This document shows positions 47,982 through 59,473 of a stretch of 64,000 bases of DNA, one piece after another. The notes beneath the pieces were generated by a model. It was not told the origin of the DNA. It made no database searches and worked only from the letters and a program-made list of their open reading frames with translations. A program made the position numbers and the translations under genes. Within the stretch, counting starts at the first letter, position 1. The number at the start of each line of letters is the position of its first letter. Source of the stretch: Anthoceros angustus (taxonomy: Eukaryota > Plantae > Anthocerotophyta); contig MU008195.1 in the NCBI GenBank assembly GCA_010909165.1, positions 372,001 through 436,000 on the forward strand. Reading direction: 5' to 3'.

Positions 47982-49437
47982 TCCCTAGGACCGTCAGGCC
48001 TGCGAACTAATGCTCCTATTCGTCCCTTCCAAGGTACTCCTTTCACTTCTACCATTTTCTACTCTCCATCGTCCCCGATTGAGCAGCTGGTTATGAGCAA
48101 CGATATCAGCAACTTATCAAGGTGGGTGCAACTTCATTGTTTGTTGCCCTACATTCTCTCCCTCCCCTTTCCTGCCTACCATACACTTACCGCCGGATTT
48201 GTCTAGATATGGGTAGGAGAGTTCGAGGCCATACAACCTCCAGCTCCTTTTGCTAGGGCAGTCGAGTAATCTTACCTTGATATGCAGAAGCACGTGATGA
48301 GGCTCTCTGGTTATAGCTAGCATGTAATTGCCGTAGGCAGATGGTGACATGGGTCTCTGATGCCCCTTTCAATGTACATAGATACATAGAAGGCGGAAAG
48401 CTCCGTTTTTTCTTGGTTCTCCTCCACTCTCTACTGTACTAGTGTACCAGGACTGGGCGAGATTGCTGGTTGTCTGATTGTCGAGCGCCCAGGAAGGAGG
48501 TGGGACCTGCATGAGCGCCAGTCGGTGCTGCCAGGCCACATGGTGGTCAGTGACCACTGATCAGGCCCCACAAAAACCTGGACCTCGATGCTTCCCTTTT
48601 CCCGAGCGCATGCAGGTCACATGGGAAACGAATCACATACGAGACGAGTCGCATGTATGTCTAGATGCCATACCCATAATAGCTCCAACCAAATGCCATG
48701 CCTTGGCGCGCTGGTACATCCATACAGTACCCATGTACATGCCATGGCATCCTGTCAAAAGGGCGGACTGTGAAAACTACATAGGGTTTGGAGATGCCGT
48801 GTGTGTTCTGGAAGTTACCTGCAAGAAGCGAAAAAGATGAAAAAGACGAAGCGTTGCAGGGAACCCGGTCCAGCGGTCCAGCCAGCCAAGCCGGTGTTCG
48901 AGCCCGAATAATTCGAGTCTTTTTTTTCCTTCGTCCGCCAGTCTTTCCAGCTCACTCGGAGCTAAGCCTACCCCTGCTGCGCGCTGGAAGAGCACGTCCT
49001 TTGTCCGACGAACGGCACAGAAGTTTGGGCTCGGAAGCTTGGGAGCAACAAGCGCAGCTCGCAATCGGAGCCGCCGATGGTCATTTGCAGGTTTCAGGCT
49101 TGCAACCCTTGTTGCTGTGCATGGGGACTTGTGCGGAAGTGCATTTTCTCGCTTTTTGCGGCTTCTCGATCGGCATTGCTGCATTTTCCCCGCATGTGCT
49201 GCTTTTTGATGTGGTTTGTAGTCGGATCTGACTGCGGCTGCTGGTGTCGGTGGCGGTGGTGAGAAGTTGCATCGGAAAGGGAGTGTTTGAGCTGCGGTGG
49301 AAGTGCTAGGCTTTTGGCGGGAATGTGCTTCATTTCGGATCTTTGTGTTGTGGTTTGTGGTGAGCTCTGGTGCAGGGGAAGGAGGAGTTAGGCTAAGCGG
49401 TGTCTTGTTCCCTCTCAGGATCTGAGGGGAGGCAGAC

Positions 49438-51449
49438 ATGAAGTACGATTCTCCTAGAGCGCGAGGCGGCCAGGATTCCTTGGGGCAGCAGATCATCCGA
49501 GTCATCAGCAATGTAGGCTTTGCGTTCTTCGTGCTTGCCGTGCTGACGATCACCGTGATCGCGGTCACCTACCAGCCTCCGGATCCGCTGACGCAGCGGG
49601 GGGATGAGATATCTAGTATCTTGTCCGGGATCCAAAACTCCAGCTTCCGGCAGGATAATACCGTGATTGTGACGGGAGAGGAGTTCGGGAAGCACAGCTC
49701 GGAAGGGGCCATCACTGCGGACGATGTGGCGGACTTGCAGCATGGCTCGTTGCCTGAAGAGGGGAAGAGGTGTTCAGGAGAGCATCCGGTGGACTGCAGC
49801 AACCAAGGTGTGATTGCTGCCATCGAGGCCTGGAATCTGGACCATTTTCCTGCCTTGGACTTCTACAAGTATCGGCACCCGGTGCCTGTCCCGGACGATG
49901 CACAGTCGTGTGATGTGGCTTGGAAGTACAGGGCCAAGACGGATGGATCCTCCAGGATGTATAGGGATTACAGGAGGTTCGTGCTGAAGTTGCTGGAGGA
50001 CTGTAAGTACGAAGTGGTTTCTTCAGGGAAGTGGCACTCGGGGGTCAATGCGAAGCCAGGAAGGTACCACTATTTCGCTTCTCCTCCGCCTCCCCCGCCT
50101 GTGGTGGAGAGCAATCCCGAGGGCAATCCGGAAGACAATCCGGATGGCTCGGGTGAGAACCACGAAGGGGATGGGACTGCACCGGTCAACCCCGAGGGCG
50201 GAGTGAACCCGAACCCAGATGGTGGGGAGGCCCCGAACCTCGAGGGCGAACAGCAAAACCCCAACCCGGATGGTGGAGAGAATCCGAACCAGGACCCAAA
50301 CGCAAGTTCCACTGTCATCGCTGAGCAGGGAATCGAGGTTGGTGTGGACAATGTGCAGGTCACCGACCTGACCCCGGTGGCGACGGGATCCTCTCTCAGG
50401 TATGGCAAGTACTTGCTCTATGACAGAGCTGGTGACTATTGCAAGCACATGAATCACTTCACATGGAGTTTCCTTTGTGCTCTGGGAGAAGCGAAGTACC
50501 TAGACAGGACGTTTGTGATGGATCTTGACTTCTGTCTTTCGTGGTCTAACAACCCTGGTCATGGGGATGAACTCAAGGATTTCCGCCTTTACTTTGACCT
50601 GGACCACTTGAAGGAGGCATTGCCGATCATTGAGGTCAATGACTTCTGGAAACAGTGGAACGAATGGAACGGCCAACACCCTGACGATCAGTTGCAGGTT
50701 TGTCCATGTTCACAGACCTTGCCGTGTTTCTCTTTTGGGATGTGTGTGGTTGATTTGACTTGTGGGTATGTTTGCACTGATTGTCGGGTGACATGGCCCT
50801 GCAGCTGCGTGACGTGCCGGAGTTTCAGACTACACCTATGGACCTCAAAGAGGACTCTCATACCCTAGTCAGACGGCAGTTCCCTCTTCCAGAACCTGAT
50901 AACTACTGGTACAGAGTCTGTGAGGGACCTGCGCAGAGCGTGGTGGAGCGGCCTTGGGGCATATTGTGGAAGTCAAAGAGGATCTTAAATATTGTTGAAG
51001 CCATTTGTGGAAGGATGGAGTGGAAGTTCGATGTTCTTCATGTTATTCGTGGTGACAAGGCCAAGAACTATGAACAGTATCCGCACTTGGATGAAGACAC
51101 CCAACCTGACAAGATCTTGGACAAGCTGCAGTACAAGTTACAGGTTCAGGAACGGCGGAACATCTACATCGCCACAAATGAGGTAGACACCTCCTTCTTC
51201 GACAAGCTGCGGGAGTTCTACAACATACATTTTCTTGATGATTTCAAGGACCTATGGGCACCAGGCAGTGATTGGTATGTTTCGACTAAGTTACTGCTAG
51301 AGTCACGGGGTGAGGCGGACAAGGAGCCCGAATTTGATGGCTACATGAGGGTGATGGTCGATTCTGAAGTCCTTTACCGGGCCGAAAAGAAGATTGAGAC
51401 TTTCAATGACTTGACGGCAGACTGTAAGAACGGTGTGAACACTTGTTAG
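49438..51449 (+). CDS. SUB1-like / O-fucosyltransferase-fold type II membrane protein, one intron (50698-50804)
   Basis: N-terminal TM, YQPPDP, GDYCKHMNHFTWSFLCALGEAKYL.RTFVMDL, KDFRLYFDLDHLKE, FNDLTADCKNGVNTC resemble the recalled At4g08810/At2g04280 family. Confidence 0.8.
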
Positions 51450-52982
51450 ATCTACCTTGATCTGTAACAAGTTTCGGCCTTGCAATTGCAGTCTTTTTGT
51501 GCGTTCAGAGCCTGGAGTTTTCTGCTTCTTCTGCCCTCTGAAGGGGGCATCCTGCTGGTGTGCCATGTCGAACTATCACCTGGTTGGCAGGGCAACAGGC
51601 GCTGTGATGACGTGGAAGAGTTCTCACCCCCTTCACGCGGCTAGCTGAACTTTGAGAACTGGATGCAGAGTAGACGTAGACTAACATCAGCATTATTTGA
51701 CTGTCCTAGGACGGAAACAGGGGTGTGTCAGAGTTTGTGCTCTCTCCCCGTCTGTGGTGGCTACCAGTCCATGTCCTCTCAATTATTGCAGAGTGAGGTA
51801 GCTTGTTTACAGTGTTGGGAAGTTGAGTGTAGGAAGACTTGAACTTCCTTCTAGATATACCCACCTGCGTGGTCAGAAATCTGTCTACATATTTCTGGTG
51901 GGAAGATCTCCCACCCACAATGCAGATTGTTTTCTGCGTGCACGGGGTTTAGTGTATTGTTATTCGTGGTGTAGCTTGCCACGTATCAAGTATTTTATTC
52001 AAGATCCAGACTATCAAGGCGGTAAACTTGGGAGAAGAACAATACCCTGCCAGTTGCGTCCCGTCCGCCTCTGCCTGGAAGGTAGCGGTAGTGGTACTGT
52101 CGTCTAAAGCCTTGGCACCTGGTTGCTTGTCAGAGCTGAGATACGGTACAGGTAGTGAAAAGTTAGCAAGGAGAGAACGAGAAATCTCAAGGACAACTGA
52201 GGAGAACACTAGATGCCTACCACCTAGGTATAAAACGTCGTCTTTAGTTAAAGATGCCGAGATCGAGTTTAGCTAAAAGCGCCTGCCCTGCGCTGGTCGA
52301 GCAAGCACGACCAGCCAGCAGGCAAGCAACAGAGATCCGTCTATAACGTAGAGACCTGTCGTGTGCAACAGCTGTTCGGCCAACGAACACGAACGGCAGC
52401 AAGTTAGATGGATGCAGCTGGAGAACCGTTGAGCCGTCACACCTGCAGGCTGCAGTGCTCTAGAAGCTTGCGAGAAGTGTGTCATAAACCATCCGGGCAT
52501 TGTCCTTGACGCTGATGGCGATGTCGCATAATGAAGCCCGCGGGCAGGTTGTACCGAGTACGTCGACACGCTCCACCTGCAAATTGCTTGCTCCGGGACC
52601 GGGTCTCTGCTCTCCCGCTTCACGGCCTCTGCCGTGGAGCTCTTCCAGGGCCTCTCCCTCTTCAGGCGCATCGGCTTCGATATTTTCACGTCACGGACGA
52701 CTTGCGCATGGTTCTGGTGCAAATCAGAGAGGACAACACGGACTGCAGGGAAGCTCAGGGCCTGCACAGCTCTGCCTCAGCCACGGCTTCGTCTTCGTGA
52801 GGGTAATGGTGCCTTCTTGATCCGTTGATTCGTCTCGAGGCCCCGAGCGTGTGAGACCTCTCATGAAACTTGTGAGCTCCCGGTTCTTGGAATGCGTTAG
52901 GTTCTGCTATGACACCTGCTGAAGGACTGCTCTGCGTCTGATGAGCAGGAAAGAAGGTGATCAGAGCACTGCGCTAGGGTAA

Positions 52983-53669
52983 ATGGGAGACTCGGAGGAG
53001 AATGAAGCAGCCTGGAGAACGCAGGGCCACAAAACGGCGGACGAAGTGCTGCATGTCGAGGAGAGTGGAACGGCCCTCAGGGCTCCCTTCCGCCGCCCCA
53101 GGTGCTTCAAATGTCTGGGGTTGACAGCTGCTGCTATTGTCGCTCTGGTTCTTGTCATCGTCGTTCTTGTGTTCACAGTGTTCAAGCCGAGAGACCCTCG
53201 GATCAAGCTGGAAAGCGTCACCCTGGCCGGATTGCAGCTCGGGCCCAGCTTGGGAAACTTGCTGCCGTCTGTGAACATGAGCCTGGAGGTGACGATTGCC
53301 GTCAAGAATCCCAACCATGCCAGCTTCAAGTACAAGGCCACCACTACTCGCTTCTACTACCGGAACACGACTGTGGGAGAGGCACCCTTACCCGGGGCCG
53401 AGCTGGATGCCGACAAGACCGACATCCAGGTCACCATGGTTGTTATCCAGCTTGACAGGTTCCTCAGCAGCAACCCCTCCAATCTTCTGTTTGACGTGCT
53501 TCGCGGAGAGCTGCCCATGTCGGCCAAGAGTGAGGTTGATGGCCATGTGAACGTGCTCAACGTCTACAAACATCATGCTCATGGCATAGCTGAGTGCGAC
53601 ATGGTGATCTTTGTTGGAAATCAGAGCGTAGGAGCTATGAACTGTGATTACAATGTAAAGCTGCACTAA
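52983..53669 (+). CDS. LEA_2 / NDR1-HIN1-like protein (divergent third member)
   Basis: RRPRCFKC + TM, TVFKPRDP, VKNPNHASFKY. Confidence 0.9.
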   Translation: MGDSEENEAAWRTQGHKTADEVLHVEESGTALRAPFRRPRCFKCLGLTAAAIVALVLVIVVLVFTVFKPRDPRIKLESVTLAGLQLGPSLGNLLPSVNMSLEVTIAVKNPNHASFKYKATTTRFYYRNTTVGEAPLPGAELDADKTDIQVTMVVIQLDRFLSSNPSNLLFDVLRGELPMSAKSEVDGHVNVLNVYKHHAHGIAECDMVIFVGNQSVGAMNCDYNVKLH

Positions 53670-54769
53670 GAAATTAGAGCGTTGGAGCTATGAGCTGTGC
53701 TTACAAATTGAAGCTGGATTAGGAAACCGTGAAAAGTTCTGCAACTTCATGGCCATTTTCGAGTCTTTACACTTAGATATATATACCAAATTTTGCAACT
53801 CGCTAGTTTAGCGAAATATTGGATGGTTTCGAAGGCACGAGAAGCCACAAGTGGCAAGGCTATGGGTCTTGGTCGATGCGTTCGTTCGCGACAAGCACAC
53901 ATGCAGTTTGGTCGCGACAAGCATTCTGGGCTCAAAGGCGACGTTGCCGATCATATCTCCTCGTTTTACGATAGTTGCTGAAAACAAAAATGCATGGGAA
54001 GCTAAACCCTACGCTCTCAGTTTTTGCAGGTTGCAAAACAGGAGGGCACTTTACGAGCTCCATGGAAAGCAGAAGCAGCCCTTTTATTCTATTCGTGATA
54101 CAGTATAAGTAGGTATATGATATAGGTATGTAAATGGGCCAAAGCGTGATACGAATGAATGTAAGGAAGCAAGGAAGATGGCAACTTTGGTGAGAGGTCA
54201 TGAATATGGTGCGGTAGCCGAACCCGACATTGAAAGCCACGCCGTGTAACATGTGACGGTCTCCGGTGCCCAGTGTCCAGTGCCCACCCTCTTAAAATGC
54301 GATGCCTTATTCGAATTCGATCCGGTGATGAGCGACAGGGCTGCCTGGTCCCCTAATTCAGCAAAGTGCGTATGAAGGGAACCAGAAAAGAGCCCGGGCC
54401 CGGCGCCCGTGATGTGGCGATGGCGAGGCCGTGGCAGCGGCAGGTGCCGCCGGTCAAAGAGCGTCACTTTGACCGGCTGCTTAACCGGTCAAGCCGGTTG
54501 ATGGCGGGCGGTCAGGCGGGCCGGATCGAATCGGGGCGCCACGATCGGATGATCGGATCGGATCCCGATCTGGCCGAATAATATTTGCAGGATTTGATTT
54601 GACGTCGGCCCAACCACCAGGTCGGCCCGGGCCGGGCGCCGGGGCTGGGCGGCGTATGGCCGGTTTCGCCGGTATCGCCGCCCCGCATTTGAACCGCGGG
54701 CAGGCGCAGGCGCGGACGGGGCCGGGCCGGGCCGGGCGCTCAGAAAAGGAAGCGTGATTATGTTGGCCA

Positions 54770-55075
54770 GATCCCGCGAGCGAGCGAGCGAGCCAGCGAG
54801 CCAGCGAGCCAGCGATCGTGGCGGCACTGCAGCTGGATTTGGCGATCTGGACGGGTCCGGTTCTTCGCTGTGCGCTCGAGCTCGAGCCCGAGCCCGAGCC
54901 CGAGGCCGATACCGATCGCGATCGCCCTTGTGTCTGTGCTTCCCGCCCCGCAAGCGATGCCGCGATCGCTGCCTGGCCTCCTTCTCCCCACGAGCAGAAG
55001 CAGAAGCGGAAGCGGAAGCGGAAGCAGAAGCGGCAGTGGCAGCGGCTGCGGCTGCGGCTGCTGCTGATCCCGCCC
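54770..55075. repeat. Compound microsatellites upstream of the histidine kinase
   Basis: (GCGA)n/(GCCA) runs, (GAGCCC)n, and a CAGAAG>CGGAAG>CGGCAG>CGGCTG>CTG hexamer series. Confidence 0.85.
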
Positions 55076-55273
55076 TCCCTTCTCTGCCGCTGCCGGCCAT
55101 GCCGGCTCCTGCCTGGTGCGATGTCAGGGCGCCCCGGCGCCTCCCGCGCGGACCTCCCTTCTTGTGACCTAATTCCGGCCCGGGCCGGAGGGCAGGCGGG
55201 GATGATCGAGCCGGGAGCGGGGGCGCTGGAGGAGCGGGGATCGGGGGGGAGGACGTGAATTTCTGCCTCTGAC

Positions 55274-58209
55274 ATGACACAGGTGATGACCTCGGTGCAC
55301 CCGACGTTGCTAGGGACATCCTCGTGGCCGCAGACGCTCTTCCGAGCGCACCTCGCCGGGAGCGATGCAACGGCTGACCTCCCGCTGGTGCGCTTAGGAC
55401 GGGAGAAACACAAGGAGAAGCGGAAACAGAAGCAGCAGCAGAAGCAGAAGCAGAAACAGGAGCGCGGTATGATTGTGGAGGGGGACGGGCAGGGGGAGGA
55501 CCCGGAGGCCCTCAGGCTGCGGCAGGAGGAGAGCATTCTCGCGCGGCTGCACCGGCTGCTGCCGCAGGAGGTGGTGCCGGAGCGGGAGCCGTGTCGGGTG
55601 GAATGCGTGCACCGGGGGGACGGCCGGGTGCCGGATTTCGTGAGGTTCTGGGCCAGCGCGCAGGGTTTGATGACGCTCATGGTGGGCTTCCTGGCCACGT
55701 ACATTTTCCTGCTGCTGCTCACGGCGCCCCGGAGCTGGAATGCGGGGGCGGACGGGCCGGACGGGGTGCCCGTGGAGCTCAATCCCGGGATTGTGCTGGC
55801 GAGGATGATGGGGCCGTTGCAGTGCTGGGTGTCTGCGCGGTCGTGCCCGTTGCTGGGGTTCTTGGCTATGTTTCTGTGTATTGTGGCGGGGGCGTGGGTG
55901 AATGATGGAAGGATGTGGAGGCGGGCGCCGTCGCCGGCTAAGGTTTGTGTGCATTGTGAGGGTTTGAGGAAGAGCCAGACCATGGTGGAGGAGGCGGATG
56001 AGCGGGCTCAGAAGGCGCAGAGAGCGAAGCAGCAGTTCATGGCGTATGTGTTTCACAACATTCGAGGTACCAAAGGCGTGGTCTTCGGGCGGGGGTGTGT
56101 TTGGTGGCAGGAAGGATGGGTCGGGTAAGGTTGGGTAGGGTGGATTGGGTTGCATCTCACTGAAGTTGAAGTTGTGTTGTGTTGTGTGCGGTGGGATGGT
56201 GCAGTTCCCTTCAATGCCATTGTTCTGGGGCTCGGCCACATGAGGGCCACTGGGAGTGGAGATGGGAATGTCGGAGGGGATGCAGACCGGGTAGACCTCC
56301 TGCAGATGATGCTGGACTGTGCGGAGACCATGACCAGTGTGCTGGATGACGTTACTGACATGGGTACGTGACTTGTACGTTGTGCTGGAAGGGAGCTTGG
56401 TGGGTGAATGTTTGGGAGTTTCCTGCTCATGTTTGAAACGGCTGTTCTATGTGCAGGGCAATGGGAGGATGGACGCATGGAGTTGACCAATGACGAGTTT
56501 GATCTGCTTGCGGTGATCAAGTTCTTGTCGTGGGGTTTGAGGGACCTGCTTGACCAGAAGCAGATTCGGTTTCAAATGCTGATTGACCCCCTGGCCAGCA
56601 AGTACCTAGCAACGCACCATGTGGTTGGGGATAAGCACCGGGTTGTGCAGACTTTAGGTGAGCTGTGCTTCACACACGTTGTCTTGGCTTTTGAACTGGG
56701 GTTGCATGAAGTTGAGGTTGAGCAATACTGATTGTGTGGTTGTGTTTTTGGCAGGCAATTTCCTCAGCAATGCCATGAAATTCACCCCAGCAGGCGGTGT
56801 AGTGGATTTGAATGTGGAATGCCTGGAGGTCATGGAGGAACAAGACTGGGCAGTGTCGACCTTTGGCCCACCTTTGCTACACGACACTCCAGTTGGTGAC
56901 ATGCAACTCGCGGACAGGGTGTCAGAGGAGGCAGGAACGTCCGAGCCGCCCTCCCCATCGGGTGCACGAACGTGCAGAAGCAAGGCTGAATCCAAGTATA
57001 AGGTTGCAAGGCTCCAGTTATCCGTGAGAGACACGGGAATAGGTGTGTCCCTCTTTCCTTGACCCAGAGTCATTATTGCAGTCTGGTGTCGAGTGTGATT
57101 TTCTAACCTCGTGCATGTTAGCAGGTATATCGCAGGATGATCAGGCTAAGCTGTTTGAGCCGTACTCCTTTGTCAGTTCTGGTTGGGTCCAGAAAGCGGG
57201 GGTATCTGGCCTGGGACTCAGTATGGCTAAAAGATTTGTAGAGCAGGTTGGCGGTCACATCGGTGTGGATTCACAGGTGGGGAGTGGCAGCACCTTCTAC
57301 TTCTCAATTCCCTTTCCCCTTATCCCAGTAGACGGGCTTGTACAGCAGGAGATAACATCGACTGGAGCATCTTGCGATAATGGCGTTAGCGGGTTGGCTT
57401 CCAATGTAGGTAGGACCAAGTCTTCTGCAGGGTCAGAGGAGGAAGCACGCTTTAAGGAGAACCTTAAAGCGTTCAAGGGCAGGACGTCTAAGTCAATTAG
57501 TTGTAGTCAGCTACTGGGTAGTGGTGTCTCGAGCCGGAAACGGAAAGTCTTGCTTGTGGAGGATACCGCCATCAATAGAGTAAGTATCCAAGTAGCGGAA
57601 GGCCGCTCACAAGGCTTACGAGTTGTTGGCATTCAATTATGGAGGATGTGTGTTGTTGACACTCGTGCATGCTGGCATCATTTCAGATAGTGCTTCGGAA
57701 GGTTTTGGAGAACCTGAATCTTGTAGTGGAGGAAGCTGAGAATGGGAAGATAGCTGTCGACATGGCACAGCAGGGTAGAACCTATGACTTAATCCTCATG
57801 GACAAAGAGATGCCAGTGATGGATGGACATGAGGTAATCCTTCAGTCTACCGCAGTCAGTGCTGTTGTGTCTCTACAGCTTCCACTGTGTGTTCACTGTT
57901 ACAGGCGCTGATGATCACTGTCTCTCATCTGCAGGCTACCAGGCAGTTGCGAATGATGGGTGTAAAGACCCCCATCATAGCATTAACTGGCAACTCGTTA
58001 CAGTCAGACAGAGAGCTGTTTTTGGAGGCTGGTGTGGATGACTTCCAGACGAAGGTGAGTTAGTAGCTGCTTCTTCTGCCCTCCTGCTCGTCTTCCGTGG
58101 AAAAAACAACATGTGACTGTGTGTGATCTCTTCCTGTCTGCAGCCTTTGTCGAGAGACAAGCTTGTGCAACTCCTGGCAAGATATGGAGTCGAGAGCTCC
58201 TGTCCGTAG
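55274..58209 (+). CDS. Hybrid histidine kinase (2 TM, HisKA, HATPase, receiver), 8 exons
   Basis: Exons 55274-56066, 56205-56363, 56457-56657, 56755-57042, 57125-57579, 57687-57833, 57935-58054, 58144-58209. H-box FHNIRVP, N-box GNFLSNAMKFT, DTGIG, GLGLS, receiver LLVEDT...LILMDKEMPVMDG...ALTG...K. Confidence 0.92.
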
Positions 58210-59473
58210 GGCACATCTAACTGTATCATAGACTGGAGGACGGCAGCAAATACTGATGACATTTAGGGGAAGACGCCAACAGGGTGGAACGCCAGAGGGT
58301 GCACTGCAGACAAGCTGTCGCGGCTAACGTTGGGGTAGGCTTAAAATTAGTCGGCTCCTTCCATTGACCCTGTTTTTACCCCCACTGATGCCCATGTTGG
58401 GATTGGACATAATCCTGTGAAATCTGTCGAAACATCCCAGGGTCACCCATTCTTTCTCTTGGCATCCCACACCGACTCTTCTTGTGGCTCTATGTCAATG
58501 ATTTATTTTGTACCCTTTTTGTATAGGAAGGTCGCGATTCTGATCTGTAAATAGAGGATGCTCTTACTCTAGCTGACCACCCTCTGGATTGTTCTCGCAT
58601 CCCGATGCAAACGGCTCTGCCTCCACGCCGTCAACCTTTAAATGCAGCTATAACAGCACCTGTCATCATAGTCACACAGAATCCCTTTTCACACGCCGAC
58701 GCTGGGGTTCTGAAACCTCTTCCTCCTTCAACCCTGCAGGCTGCACCCATTTGAAAAGAACGCGCTCTTTCCCCTCCGAGTCGGCGAGCCGAACGCAGGA
58801 GAGGTGACGCAAGGATCGAAGCTCTTGGCGTGATCATTCCGATGAGTCTTGCATTGCGTCATGCGGTGGTGTTGCTTGCACAAGTTTTCAATCTGCTGAG
58901 TGATTTGCCGGGGTTGCGGAGTAGTATCGGTTGCTTATGCATAGGTGGCTGCTGCAATCTCTGGTAGGCGTGTTCAGAGCGAGGGATTGCGTCTGATGTC
59001 GGCCGTCAGATGCGTGCCAGCTATCGGATTTGGGTCACTTGCAGTGACGTCGAGTGTTTCAGTTCCTTGTTGCCGCAAAGGCAGCACCGGATCTGTTAGG
59101 CCAGCGAAGGTTTCAGGTGGGGGGGGAGTTCGTTGAATGCATGGAAAGCTGTCGGTCATGAGCTGTGTAGTACTCGATGTTCCCTGTTTCCCGTTATAGA
59201 ATTGGAGCATTGCGCAGTGTATGGTCGTGCCGGAGAAGCGAGGAGCTGGAATAAGCTTGTTGGTGAACTCTTTGGTCGGGAAGAGCGTATCAGTCCTGTA
59301 GCAAACCCTTTTGGCTTCGGAAGGTGGAGGAGCAAGTACAGGGTTGCAACACCTTTTTGCAGTGAAGGATTCAGGCCTGCTCATTTCTTTGGGAAGCTGG
59401 CTGTTCCTCAGGTAGCAGCTTGTATCTCCGGTGTTTGCGATTCTCGACCTAATTCGGAAGACGTTTTGCAGCT

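Noticed and set aside
48777-49568. 263-aa minus-strand ORF
   Set aside because: Overlaps the promoter and 5' end of the SUB1-like gene; no domain or protein-like pattern.
52273-52767. 164-aa minus-strand ORF next to the third LEA_2 gene
   Set aside because: No ATG at the annotated start, no recognisable motif or splice support.
54481-55983. 500-aa and 293-aa minus-strand ORFs
   Set aside because: Run through GC-rich microsatellites and the antisense of the kinase exon; low complexity.
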